Shown here: in pieces, positions 23,137-35,472 of the stretch
How positions within the stretch are numbered: position 1 is the first letter of the stretch
Layout of the letters: the number at the start of each line of letters is the position of its first letter
NCBI GenBank assembly: GCA_040285825.1
Contig: JAUPSS010000013.1
Coordinates: forward strand, 310,001-374,000
DNA length: 64,000 nt
Origin: Eukaryota sp. TZLM1-RC
Taxonomy: Eukaryota > Protista > Metamonada: BaSk clade
Direction: 5' to 3'
Position numbers and translations under genes: made by a program
The notes under the pieces: generated by a model
Database searches by the model: none
Seen by the model: the letters and a program-made list of their open reading frames with translations, nothing else
Told to the model about the DNA's origin: nothing

Positions 23137-26100
23137 AGGATTAAGTTTTCTTCTGTGAACCAAAGTATCATTTGCAACATTATATGAGACAAAGTCAACA
23201 ACAGCTTCAGAGTTATCAATCCAATCACAGTATACATCACCTCTATCATCTAACCAAAATTATTCAATGACAGTGTTTCCTTCTGCAGAGGTTCTTTGAT
23301 ACACGAAATTCTTGCAGTTTGTGCCATACTAAAAACAGTGTCTCTGACAGCATCATGTAATGAGAAACGATAAGTTATCAATTTCGAACAATTCAGAGCA
23401 TGTCGCAAAGTGAGCTGAGGTGAATTCGAACAAATACATTTTTCTTTTGATAATAGTTGATTAATGAGGATATTCAAATATAATCTCATTTTTGTTTCAA
23501 ACGCTTCATTAGTAGCACACAGTCCAAATCTTCGTGGTACAATGGTTACAAACAGTGAAGAATCTGATGGCTGGTTTTCACAAACACCCTTTTCCAATAA
23601 CAATGAGTGAATATCTTGATTTAAAACAGCCGAGCTGCATATATCATTATAAAAATCATTTTCATACATTCCAGTCAATCGTTTCTGTAATGTTTGAAGA
23701 GTGTATTTTAAATTTAAAAGATTCTTCTCTGAAATGTTGCAATTGAATGATTGGGGAAAGCATCGACTCCATTTTTCTACATCAATTTTCGAAATTTCTT
23801 CATTTAATGCAAAAACAGTGGAACTTTGCGTTGTCATCAATAAATCTTCCCAATCAGTAAATCTTTCGGAAAACTCAAATATTGCATTTCTGCATCCACC
23901 AATAAAGGCACATGAAATAAGAATAGAAGCCTTTGTCCAACCTAAACCACCATAATGTAGACTAAGATAAGCATGGTCTGGAATTTGGAACATTTTACAT
24001 CCCAGTAATTGTGACAAAACTTTTGCACGTAACTCATTAAACTTCTGAGCCAAAGGCCTAGTGATAAGAGGATTTGTAGATCGACATATATGATTAAAAT
24101 TGGAACTAAAACACAGTCTTATAATGGTAAATTTGATGTGTTTTTTTAAATCTAAATTCATCATTCGGTCAATTTTGTCGGAAATTGAGTTCAACTTTTC
24201 AAACAATTTTTTGGTAATTTCATCATTATTTCCTAAAAACGAACCCAAATGACGAATAGCATCAATTGAATATAATTTGGCTTCAATTTCAATACCATCA
24301 ACTATTGTAAAAACTGGAGAATTCGATAACAAAACACATTTAAGTAAATTAAGTCGGAGACCATTTTTTTTAAATAATTCTTTAAAACATACAGTTGCTT
24401 GTTTCACAATATTTAAATCACCAATAAGCACAACATCATCCATATATGCAATCATTTTTAGCGAAGGAAACATCTCTTGAATTTGCAATAAAATAGGATG
24501 AATGGCCAAACAAAACAAAAGAGGTCCTAGCGGATCTCCTTGCTTTACACCACTTGATGAACTCAAAATGCAATTACCAAAATGTAAATTAGAATATGTA
24601 CTATATGTTGATTGAAAATTCGGCATTAATTCCGGCATATATTGCAATAAAGCACCATGGATACTGCGACGACTGAGTGAATTGAATGCATTACTAAAAT
24701 CCAATGACATACAAACATTAGATTCATTTTGGCGAAATAATACATCAGTAGCAAATATCGCTGAAGAGACTCCATCAGTGGTATTAATTCCATATTGAAA
24801 GGGTAATAAAATCTTTTTTGCTTTCTCATTGAACCTGCTTAAGCAACACGCAGAAAAAATATTTTGTAAGCTCTCAGAGACTGCAACAGGACGAACATCC
24901 ATTTTTGAATTTTTGACATGTGCAGTCAAACGAGAACTTCTTAATTCTTCTGGATATCTGAGTTGACCAGTCAATATTTTGTTGAAAAATTTGGTTAATA
25001 TACCAAGGCAATCTTCTGAAGAAATAATTGCGGCTTTTACATGATCAATAGTAATACCAGAAAGTCCGGCAGACTTACTGCGTGGTCTCTTATTTATCAC
25101 CGAAAATACTTCTGATGCCATCAATGGATAATTTTCCCAGTAAGATCCGTAAAAATTTTGATCCATTATAGGGTCTTCCAAAGGATGAAGTATTTTTAGT
25201 TTATCTATTGTATTTTCATTGTTGGGTGCCTTAACTCCGGGGCTTAAAGCTGACAAAGCCTTGGACCATTTGTTGTCAAAGCATTTGTCTTCAAAAATTT
25301 TACTTAATTTCTCAGAAGACTTTTCTCGGTGCTATATAAGTTAAATCTTCGGAATTATTTACGAAATTTTGTTCAAAAGGAGGACAAAAAGAACCAAAAA
25401 ATTCCCAAAGAATATTGATAGCATACTTTCCTTTACATAATTGATCCAAAAATCTTTTAAAAACGAAAGCAAATTCATTGCATTTTGACGGATGAATTTT
25501 TTTGAGGTATTTTAATGGGAGGATGCTAGTTATCAACTATGCGGCATTTCAAGCATCGATCAGCCGTTTTTCCTTTTGCATTTTTTCTAAAAGAAATACC
25601 ACAATTGTTGCAAGTTTTGTGCTTGAATCGATTGTTAACTGGTTTTGCAACAACTTGTGGAAAATCATTTATTGGTTCTACCTTAGACTCTTTTCTTCTA
25701 ATAAATTTTCTTTTACATTTTGTTTCAGAATTTGTCACATCATTTTTTCCAACATTGGGGCATGTTCGAGCATTATGTCCTTGTTGTCGACACTTTGAGC
25801 ATCTGTAGGAGCGTGGCTTCGTTTTTGAACAAACTTTGTTTTCATCGTGATTTTCTAAAAATTCTTGATCAGAAATTTATTTTTGTCCAAAAATGAAGAG
25901 AGAAGAGGTTGAGGAGGAGAGGTGGAAAGGACCTCTTGAGCATCTTGTTGTCTATCGTTCTTTCTTTTGACTCCATTGGAATCAGGAACTGATTCAGACA
26001 TCAACAAGAAAGAATAGAAACAATGATCGCAGTTCAGCCAGGTTTTAAGTTAAACGGTTTTATGTAGAGGAAGTAAAAAGCGATCAGAAAACAACGCTCC

Positions 26101-26150
26101 ATAAAAAGGACGGTCACTTTTATAGGCACACAAAATTGTGACAATGTGTG

Positions 26151-26222
26151 GCGATTGTAGTATAATGGTCAGTACTCTCCGTTGTGGCCGGGGTGATCCA
26201 GGTTCAATTCCTGGCAATCGCA
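26151..26222 (+). tRNA. tRNA-His(GTG), D-loop variant GGTC
   Basis: Acceptor GCGATTG/CAATCGC, anticodon arm CTCCG-TTGTGGC-CGGGG, T-arm CCAGG-TTCAATT-CCTGG. No adjacent T-run terminator. Confidence 0.92.
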
Positions 26223-26271
26223 TATTACATATATGTAGGTGCACCAGAATGACACTAATTCCAAATGTTTT

Positions 26272-28400
26272 AACTGATTTTATTCAAACAAAATTATAAA
26301 ATTCTCAAAATCAGTCTCGTCAAACTCCACATCTACTATTGAAAACTTACTTACATCATTTTCTTCATAAAATTTTCCTAGTGATAGCAACGATCTAGAA
26401 ACAAGGCTATACATTCCCTTAAAAATAAAAAATACAATTCTGTTTTTCCAAAAGGTTCGGTCAAATATTCTTCCAGTTCTGTTTTTGACAATAGATGAAA
26501 AATCGTCTATAAAAAATAACGCAGTTTTGGCCAAGGTTCCAAATAAAGAAAAAGCAAAAGGACAAAGAAGGTATTGAGTATGTGAGTTGGAATTCACATT
26601 GATGATTTTTTCTGTGTACTTAATAATTTTCGCTTCTTCAGCTCTACGTAAAGGTGAATTATAAGATGGTGCCAATTTTTCATTTGAGCTGTTTGTTACA
26701 TCAGTAGATCTGACGTCAATAATGATCATTGATCCATCAAGACCGGGAACTAACTTATCACCGCGGCTATCACCAAAAGAATTTCTGTCAGCTTCATCAG
26801 CCAAATTTGAAAGCAAAGGTTCTAAAAAAGATTCGATCTTGTAGGACTAAAACATACAATAAAGCTGATCACGGACTGCATCATGCACTTTTGATCTAAA
26901 AGTAATAAAACGATTACAATTAAATAAATGGTTTGGAGTGACAGTCTTTCCACATTTACAAATTAAACCACGTGGAAGATTATCAGGCCAAATAAAAGAT
27001 CGAAGACGCATAGATAATAAAAAGCAAGGGTCAGCTAGAAACAAACCATAAATTCCTGGTACTTGATTAATTAAACAAGAGGCAGAACTATCACAAACAT
27101 CCAGTAAAAAATCTGTAGAAGCGGGATTTTTCTGTTTGGCCATGCCAAGACGTACTTCATAATCCAGGCCTTCAAATATTACTGTCAGTTTTTGTTAAAG
27201 CTTCTTCACACAATGCCTTAAATTAACTAATTTTCGTGGAGGATTATCTTGAACTGAGTCGGGAAAACATTGACACCAAATTTCTGGTGCAATTTTATTA
27301 ATAACAACATCAAGGTCATACAAATATTTTGAAAATGATGGATCAAGCAAATGGCTATTCTCAGGAAAACAATTGAAAAATTCAAAAATCAAATTTTTCC
27401 ACCGCCAAGAAAGCTGCTTGACAAAAGTTGAAGATTTAGTAAAGCCAACAACACCAAATTGTGAAGATGAGAACAAGTGGACTCGAATAAAATCAGAATT
27501 CACTTCTAATGGGGAAGCAAAGAAAGTTGCACGAAGTTGATTAAATCATCGGCAAAAATCAATAGACAAAGATGGTGCTGTTAGTCTTAATAAGTGAGTA
27601 GTTTTTTGGGAGCCCAAATTTTCAAAACAAAAATTTGATATGTTTCTCTATTTCTAATTCAGAAATTAATTGAAGCTCATTACCAAGTTTTTCAGCAATT
27701 TCATTAAGATTTTTAGTTAATTCATCAACATTTCCTAACCAACAGCCTAAAAAACGAAAAGCTTCTTGAGAAATATTGGTAAAAAGAATTTTACAATCAT
27801 TGATTTCAAATTCTTTGAATTCATTACCAACTAATAGACATTTTCGAAGATTCAAGTGAAGTCGTATTTTTTCATACTATGAAGCAAACTCAATAAAAGC
27901 TTTTTGGACTACATCAAAAGGACCAATAAGGGAAATGTCATCCATATAACTTACAATTTTTAGAGGAAAGTATTTTTCATTAATTGCTTTCAAAGATTCC
28001 TGAATTGCAATACAAAATAATAATGGGCGCAAGGGATCCCCTTGCTTTATACAAGATGAAGACTTTGAAGAAAATACATCATACACCAATTTACTGGTCT
28101 TACCGTAAAACAAGTAGAAATAACTTAATAGTTCAGGAATATGTTTTCAATTACTTCGTAAATTGCTTTTCCTTTTACACTGTTGACAACATTTCTGAAA
28201 TCTAAATTGAAAATGAAATTTCCTTTGGAGTTAAAAAACGAGTCAGATGTTAGAGCAGCAACTGAAGCTCCATCAATCGTTTGAATACCAAATTGCAATG
28301 GCGACAAAAATTTACCAGCCTTTTTTCACAATTTTATTAAAAATAAATGAGGCAAACAAACGAGAGAGAGATTCACCTACTGCAAAGGAACGAATTCAAT
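26272..28400 (-). mobile_element. Decayed CRE-like family D element
   Basis: Fragmented RT/RLE ORFs (AVGESLSRL, LDFRN, KQGDPL, YMDD, CKCG...HLFNC, HDAV, RGD, KIIKY). Confidence 0.9.
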
Positions 28401-29721
28401 TCCTAACTCCAAATTCGATATCGAAAGAAACATCTTTACTGAGGCAACTCGACAAACCATTACAATTTTTTCTGTTATCCCTTTTTCCAAAGTATTTGCT
28501 TGTAGGTTTTCACTGTGATTTCAGGATGTCCAAAGTAGATATTTTATTTTCCTCTTACAATTCTTTAATGTATAACAGAATTTAATTCCGATTAAACTTT
28601 TTATGTGTCTGCTAATGAGTTTTCATTCAACAGTTGACCAATTGAATGGCACTACTAACACCACTCCACATTTGCAGACTTTGGCTGTGAGCTTTTCAAG
28701 AGTTATCAACAGTGATTGAACTTGAATTCCTTCCAAAACTCGATAAAAATTGTTGACAGTTTTGGTTGTGTTAATTGTAATGAACCAAGCCAACACCATG
28801 CATTGGGCAAACAACATGTTGGTGTTGGCACTGTGAATAGGCCCTGTGAGTACACAAGAAGTACGTTGTTACATCAAAAATGTATCAATAAATTGACATT
28901 GTATTTGTGAATAGTGGAAAATCAATCGTATCATTTCTACTTTTGGATTAGAAGCACAAATTGCTTCCATAGTACAATAGGTCTGGTTTCTTGATTAGTC
29001 ATAATCCATTTTATCAAATCAAAACTCCTACCACACTGATAAAAGATCTTCAGCAACATCTACATTCTTCTTTACATGCATATCGTACAAAGTTTTACAT
29101 CTTTCAAAACCTTTTATTATCTAAAATAATTCATCATCTTGATACAAATAAATTGGTGTTGGTGGGTGCTATGTATTGATACAATCTGGCCAAGACATTT
29201 ATGATCTACTGAAATTAATGTATCATTTGCCAGTGCTCATAATAAATAGAAATTCTATATTGAATACCACTTTTTTAAAGATTAAGCAACTGAGAAATTT
29301 GAAACATTAAATAATTGAAGAGATTACCTACAATTATAAGATTAATTGAGAAAATTTTGTGATAGACTGCAGGTGCACTACGAGGAATTGATTTGGAATA
29401 TAAGGAGTTCGTTTACATTACATTTGATTACCTCTTTCTGACAATAATTTAAAGGAAAATCTTTCTGAACAACCAAATTCTTTCTATTGTTGAAATATCC
29501 TTTCAATTTAAAAATAATGAATAGGGCAAAAACGCCTCCTTTAATAACAGAAGAAATAAATTGGATGATATTGATTGTGTTAAGGTAGTGTAATTCCACA
29601 TAAATGAATCAATTTATAAAAAGGAAACACCATTTAATCACAAAGAGTTTATCGAACAAAAAATATTTACAGTTGTTATTTGAGAAAAAAGCAGTTCAAA
29701 GCAGGATTCAATCATGCTCAA

Positions 29722-30199
29722 CTACCAACGCATTTCCAGATATTTGTTGCTAAATCCTACTGATTGATACAGGAATCTTGCAGGATTGTCAGGTTCCACA
29801 TGTAGGGCGAGGGCTCCTTTGACTTGCTTCTTGGTTTCTGTAAGTAGATATTTACCAATACCTTTGGTTAAAAAATGATGAACTCATACCTTGGCCACGG
29901 GTTGAAGCTTTCACAGCAATGTAAACAAGAATGTTTTCAGGAATGTAACCCTTGAAGTTGGTTTCATTCACAACGACAACACCAAGAATTTCCTTCTTAC
30001 GATAAGCGACTAGACATACACCGCCAAAGCCTGGCTTGTCAGAGAAGGCATAATCCAGGCACTTATGGATGTCCTCTAAAGGATCTCCAAAACGTTCCAG
30101 ACTCACAAAGAGAAACTGGGCAATTTCGTCTTTTGTGAAGAGAGAATCCTTGTAATTAGAAGGTGACAGTACCTCAAGTTGAACAGATGGAGCGGGCAT
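29722..30199 (-). CDS. GNAT acetyltransferase, copy 1 (28-nt intron 29862-29889)
   Basis: Removing GTATGA...TTAACCAAAG restores the frame and motif A RGQGIG, giving 149 aa. Confidence 0.9.
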
Positions 30200-31034
30200 A
30201 ATGGCAAAAATTCAGTGACAGGTGGAGAGAAAAATAATGGAGTATGGGAAAAGTGCTGCTTGTCCCCAATACTCGTCTGCACGCAACACTTGTGCATACC
30301 AAAATCAAAACTTACAGCACATCACAAAAAATTTTACAAAAAAAAATTATTGATTGATTGTTACAGTATCAATCAGTAAGGCTTTCTAAGTATGCCTTAC
30401 TTACACGTATATACAAGTGGTAGCCTATAAGGCTGACATTTTCTGTATTGGTCCAGAAAGTAAAATTCAAACAGTTGCTAATGAAGCTGCTACATTATAT
30501 CAATTCAAAAGTCTTGAACTGAATGTTCAAAAATGTATTTTAAATGTGCTTTTAAATGTATTTTTTTAATAAAACAGGATTTTACTATTGTAGATTGTTG
30601 ATTTTGAGTAAATTTTGAGCATCTTCATACCAGATATATACGTGTAAGTAAGGCATACTTAGAAAGCCTTACTGATTGATACTGTAACAATCAATCAATA
30701 ATTTTTTTTGTAAAATTTTTTGTGATGTGCTGTAAGTTTTGATTTTGGTATGCACAAGTGTTGCGTGCAGACGAGTATTGGGGACTGACATCTCTGAATA
30801 GGTAATAAACAATCAATAATTCAAAATCTATTGTTTCAAGTGCAGTTTCTGATCGATGTAAGGAACCCAAACAGATGCTGACCTAATTCACTTCTAATTG
30901 TATAGTTTTATGTTTGCACTGATGACGTTTACAAAACAATCACAATATATAAAACAATCATTTTTACCTCAAAAGCAGCACTTTTCCCATACTCCATTAT
31001 TTTTCTCTCCACCTGTCACTGAATTTTTGCCATT

Positions 31035-31511
31035 ATGCCCGCTCCATCTGTTCAACTTGAGGTACTGTCACCTTCTAATTACAAGGATTCTCTCTTCACA
31101 AAAGACGAAATTGCCCAGTTTCTCTTTGTGAGTCTGGAACGTTTTGGAGATCCTTTAGAGGACATCCATAAGTGCCTGGATTATGCCTTCTCTGACAAGC
31201 CAGGCTTTGGCGGTGTATGTCTAGTCGCTTATCGTAAGAAGGAAATTCTTGGTGTTGTCGTTGTGAATGAAACCAACTTCAAGGGTTACATTCCTGAAAA
31301 CATTCTTGTTTACATTGCTGTGAAAGCTTCAACCCGTGGCCAAGGTATGAGTTCATCATTTTTAACCAAAGGTATTGGTAAATATCTACTTACAGAAACC
31401 AAGAAGCAAGTCAAAGGAGCCCTCGCCCTACATGTGGAACCTGACAATCCTGCAAGATTCCTGTATCAATCAGTAGGATTTAGCAACAAATATCTGGAAA
31501 TGCGTTGGTAG
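31035..31511 (+). CDS. GNAT acetyltransferase, copy 2 (27-nt intron 31345-31371)
   Basis: ENILVYIAV...RGQG|IGK...LHVEPDNPA..LY..VGF; the in-frame intron reads as MSSSFLTKG. Confidence 0.92.
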   Translation: MPAPSVQLEVLSPSNYKDSLFTKDEIAQFLFVSLERFGDPLEDIHKCLDYAFSDKPGFGGVCLVAYRKKEILGVVVVNETNFKGYIPENILVYIAVKASTRGQGMSSSFLTKGIGKYLLTETKKQVKGALALHVEPDNPARFLYQSVGFSNKYLEMRW

Positions 31512-31927
31512 TTGAGCATGATTGAATCCTGCTTTGAACTGCTTTTTTTCTCAAATAACAACTGTAAATATTTTTTGTTCGATAAACTCTTTGTGATTAA
31601 ATGGTGTTTCCTTTTTATAAATTGATTCATTTATGTGGAATTACACTACCTTAACACAATCAATATCATCCAATTTAATTCTTCTGTTATTAAAGGAGGC
31701 GTTTTTGCCCTATTCATTATTTTTAAATTGAAAGGATATTTCAACAATAGAAAGAATTTGGTTGTTCAGAAAGATTTTCCTTTAAATTATTGTCAGAAAG
31801 AGGTAATCAAATGTAATGTAAACGAACTCCTTATATTCCAAATCAATTCCTCGTAGTGCACCTGCAGTCTATCACAAAATTTTCTCAATTAATCTTATAA
31901 TTGTAGGTAATCTCTTCAATTATTTAA

Positions 31928-34570
31928 ATTTAAATTATTTAATTTCGTTAATATTTCCGAAGATTTAACTAATATAGCACCGAGAAATCAGTCATCCGAG
32001 AAATTAAGTAAAATTTTTGAAGACAAATGCTTTGACAACAAATGGTCCAAGGCTTTGTCAGCTTTAAGTCCCGGAGTCAAAGCACCGAACAATGAAAATA
32101 CAATAGATAAACTGAAAATACTTCATCCTTATGAAGACCCTATAATGGATCAAAATTTTTACGGCACATACTGGGAAAATTATCCATTGATGCCATCAGA
32201 AGTTTTTTCGGTTATCAAAAAGAGACCTCGTGGTAAGTCTGCCGGACTTTCTGGTATTACTATTGATCATGTAAAAGCCGCGATTATTTCTTCAGAAGAT
32301 TGCCTTGGTTTATTGACCAAATTTTTCAACCAAATATTATCTGGTCAACGCAAATACCCAGAAGAATTAAGAAGTTCTCGTTTGACTGCACTTGTCAAAA
32401 ATTCAAAAATGGATGTTCGTCCTATTGCAGTCTCTGAGAGCTTACACAATATTTTTTCTGCGTGTTGCTTAAGCAGGTTCAATGAAAAAGCTAAAAAGAT
32501 TTTATTACCCTTTCAATATGGTATAAATACTACAGATGGAGTCTCTTCAGCGATTTTTGCTACTGATGTCTTATTTCGTCAAAATGAATCCAATGTTTGC
32601 ATGTCATTGGATTTTAGTAATGCTTTCAATTCGCTAAGTCGTCGCAGTATCCATGGTGCTCTATTGCAATATATGCCAGAATTAATACCATATTTTCAAT
32701 CAACATATTGCACATATTCTAATTTACATTTTGGTAACAACATTTTGAGTTCATCAAGTGGCGTAAAGCATGGAGATCCGTTAGGACCTCTTTTGTTTTG
32801 TTTGGCCATTCATCCTATTCTACTGCAAATTCAAGAGATGTTTCCTTCGCTAAAAATGATTGCATATATGGATGATGTTGTGCTTATTGGTGATTTAAAT
32901 ATTGTGAAAAAAGCAACTGTATGTTTTAAAGAATTATTTACCAAAATTGGTCTCCGACTTAATTTACTTAAATGTGTTTTGTTATCGAATTCTCCAGTTT
33001 CCACAATAATTGATGATATTGAAATTCAAGCCAAATTATATTCAATTGATGCTATTCGTCATTTGGGTTCATTTTTAGGAAATAATGATGAAATTACCAA
33101 AAAGTTGTTTGAAAAGTTGAACTCAATTTCTGACAAAATTGACCGAATGATGAATTTAGATATAAAAAAACACATCAAATTTACCATTATAAGACTGTGT
33201 TTTAGTTCCAATTTTAATCTTATATTTCGATCTACAAATCCTCTCGTCACTAGACCTTTGGCTCAAAAGTTTAATGAGTTACGTGCAAAAGTTCTGTCTC
33301 AATTACTGGGATGTAAAATGTTTCAAATTCCAGATCATGCTTACCTTAGTCCACATTATGGTGGTTTAGGGTGGACGAAGGCTTCTATTCTTACCTCGTG
33401 TGCTTTTGTTGGTGGATGCAGAAATGCAATCTTTGAGTTTTCCGAAAGATTTGCAGATTGGGAAGATTTATTGATGACAACGCAAAGTTCCACTGTTTTT
33501 GCATTAAATGAAGAAATTTCGAAAATTGATGTAGAAAAATGGAGTCGATGCTTTCCCCAATCATTCAATGGCAATATTCCAGAAAAAAATGTTTTAAATT
33601 TGAAGTACACTCTTCGAACATTACAGAAAAGATTGACTGGAATGTATGAAAAAGATCTTTATAATAATATTTGCAGCTCGGCTGTTTTAAATCAAGATCT
33701 TCACTCATTGTTATTGGAAAAGGGTGTTTGTGAAAACAAGGCGTCAGATTCTTCACTTTTTGTAACCATTGTACCACGAAGATTTGGATTGTGTGCCACT
33801 AATGAAGCATTTGTAACAAAAATGAGATTATATTTGAACATCCCCATTAACCAATTATTATCAAAAGAAAAATGTATTTGTTCGAATTCACCTCAACTCA
33901 CTTTGCGCCATGCTCTAAATTGCTCTAAATTGATAACTTATCGTTCTTCATTACATGATGCTGTTAGAGACACTGTTTTCAATATGGCACAAACTGCAAG
34001 GATATCGTGTATCAAAGAGCCCCTGCTGAAGGAAACACTTTCTCTGAATAATTTTGGTTCTGATGATAGAGGTGATATATACTGTGATTGGATTGATAAT
34101 TCTGAAGCTATTGTTGACTTTGTCTCATGTAATGTTGCAAACGATACTTTGGTTCACAGAAGAAAACTTAATCCTGTGGCTGCTCTGGATTTTAAAGCAA
34201 AAGAAAAACATAGAAAATATGATAAAGAAATTGAAGATGCAAATGTCGATAGAAATACACAGCTGGTTTTTATTGCTTTCCCATTTTCGATAAATGGAAG
34301 ATTATCAGTTGAAGCAGAAACTTTTTTTGGATGACTTCCAAAAAAATGGTGAAAGAAAAAACAATGAAAAGATTTGATATTTTTTTATGGCGTTCACGGA
34401 TTCAATTTGCCATTATTAATAGATTACCGCGGTTTTTCAATCGAATTAGAGAAGCTTTAGCTAGACAGCAAGCAAATCAAGATTTTGTAGAGGAAATCTT
34501 GGTTTAATGATAGTCGTCCCATTAGTTATGATTTAATTTAATCAAGTGTGCAAATTCAATAAATACGAGA
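31928..34570 (+). mobile_element. Young 5'-truncated CRE-like family A copy
   Basis: 759-aa RT-RLE ORF. TSD AATTATTTAA at 31918-31927 and 34571-34580; the empty site is preserved in the other arm at 29307-29316. Confidence 0.97.
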
Positions 34571-35472
34571 AATTATTTAATGTTTCAAATTTCTCAGTTG
34601 CTTAATCTTTAAAAAAATGGTATTCAATATAGAATTTCTATTTATTATGAGCACTGGCAAATGATACATTAATTTCAGTCGATCATAAATGTCTTGGCCA
34701 GATTGTATCAATACATAGCACCCACCAACACCAATTTATTTGTATCAAGATGATGAATTATTTTAGATAATAAAAGGTTTTGAAAGATGTAAAACTTTGT
34801 ACGATATGCATGTAAAGAAGAATGTAGATGTTGCTGAAGATCTTTTATCAGTGTGGTAGGAGTTTTGATTTGATAAAATGGATTATGACTAATCAAGAAA
34901 CCAGACCTATTGTACTATGGAAGCAATTTGTGCTTCTAATCCAAAAGTAGAAATGATACGATTGATTTTCCACTATTCACAAATACAATGTCAATTTATT
35001 GATACATTTTAGATGTAACAACGTACGTCTTGTGTACTCACAGGGCCTATTCACAGTGCCAACACCAACATGTTGTTTGCCCAATGCATGGTGTTGGCTT
35101 GGTTCATTACAATTAACACAACCAAAACTGTCAACAATTTTTATCGAGTTTTGGAAGGAATTCAAGTTCAATCACTGTTGATAACTCTTGAAAAGCTCAC
35201 AGCCAAAGTCTGCAAATGTGGAGTGGTGTTAGTAGTGCCATTCAATTGGTCAACTGTTGAATGAAAACTCATTAGCAGACACATAAAAAGTTTAATCGGA
35301 ATTAAATTCTGTTATACATTAAAGAATTGTAAGAGGAAAATAAAATATCTGCTTTGGACATCCTGAAATCACAGTGAAAACCTACAAGCAAATACTTTGG
35401 AAAAAGTGATAACAGAAAAAATTGTAATGGTTTGTCGAGTTGCCTCAGTAAAGATGTTTCTTTCGATATCGA

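Larger units (their letters stand above)
20301..26266 (-). mobile_element. Apparently full-length CRE-like family A non-LTR retrotransposon (Zn fingers-RT-CCHC-RLE), split by a family B insertion, with antisense tRNA-His at its 5' end
   Basis: 5' CSKC....H....C and CNNC...CLKC fingers (25.5-26.0 kb), LKKIHP, RT motifs LDFSNAFN / GVKQGDPLGP / YMDD, CICS...HALNC, HDAV, KEP, RGD, and a (TAAA)n tail at 20301. Confidence 0.85.

Noticed and set aside
28440-29600. Short ORFs repeated in both duplication arms
   Set aside because: Their identity is explained by the recent duplication; they have no motifs and mostly non-ATG starts.
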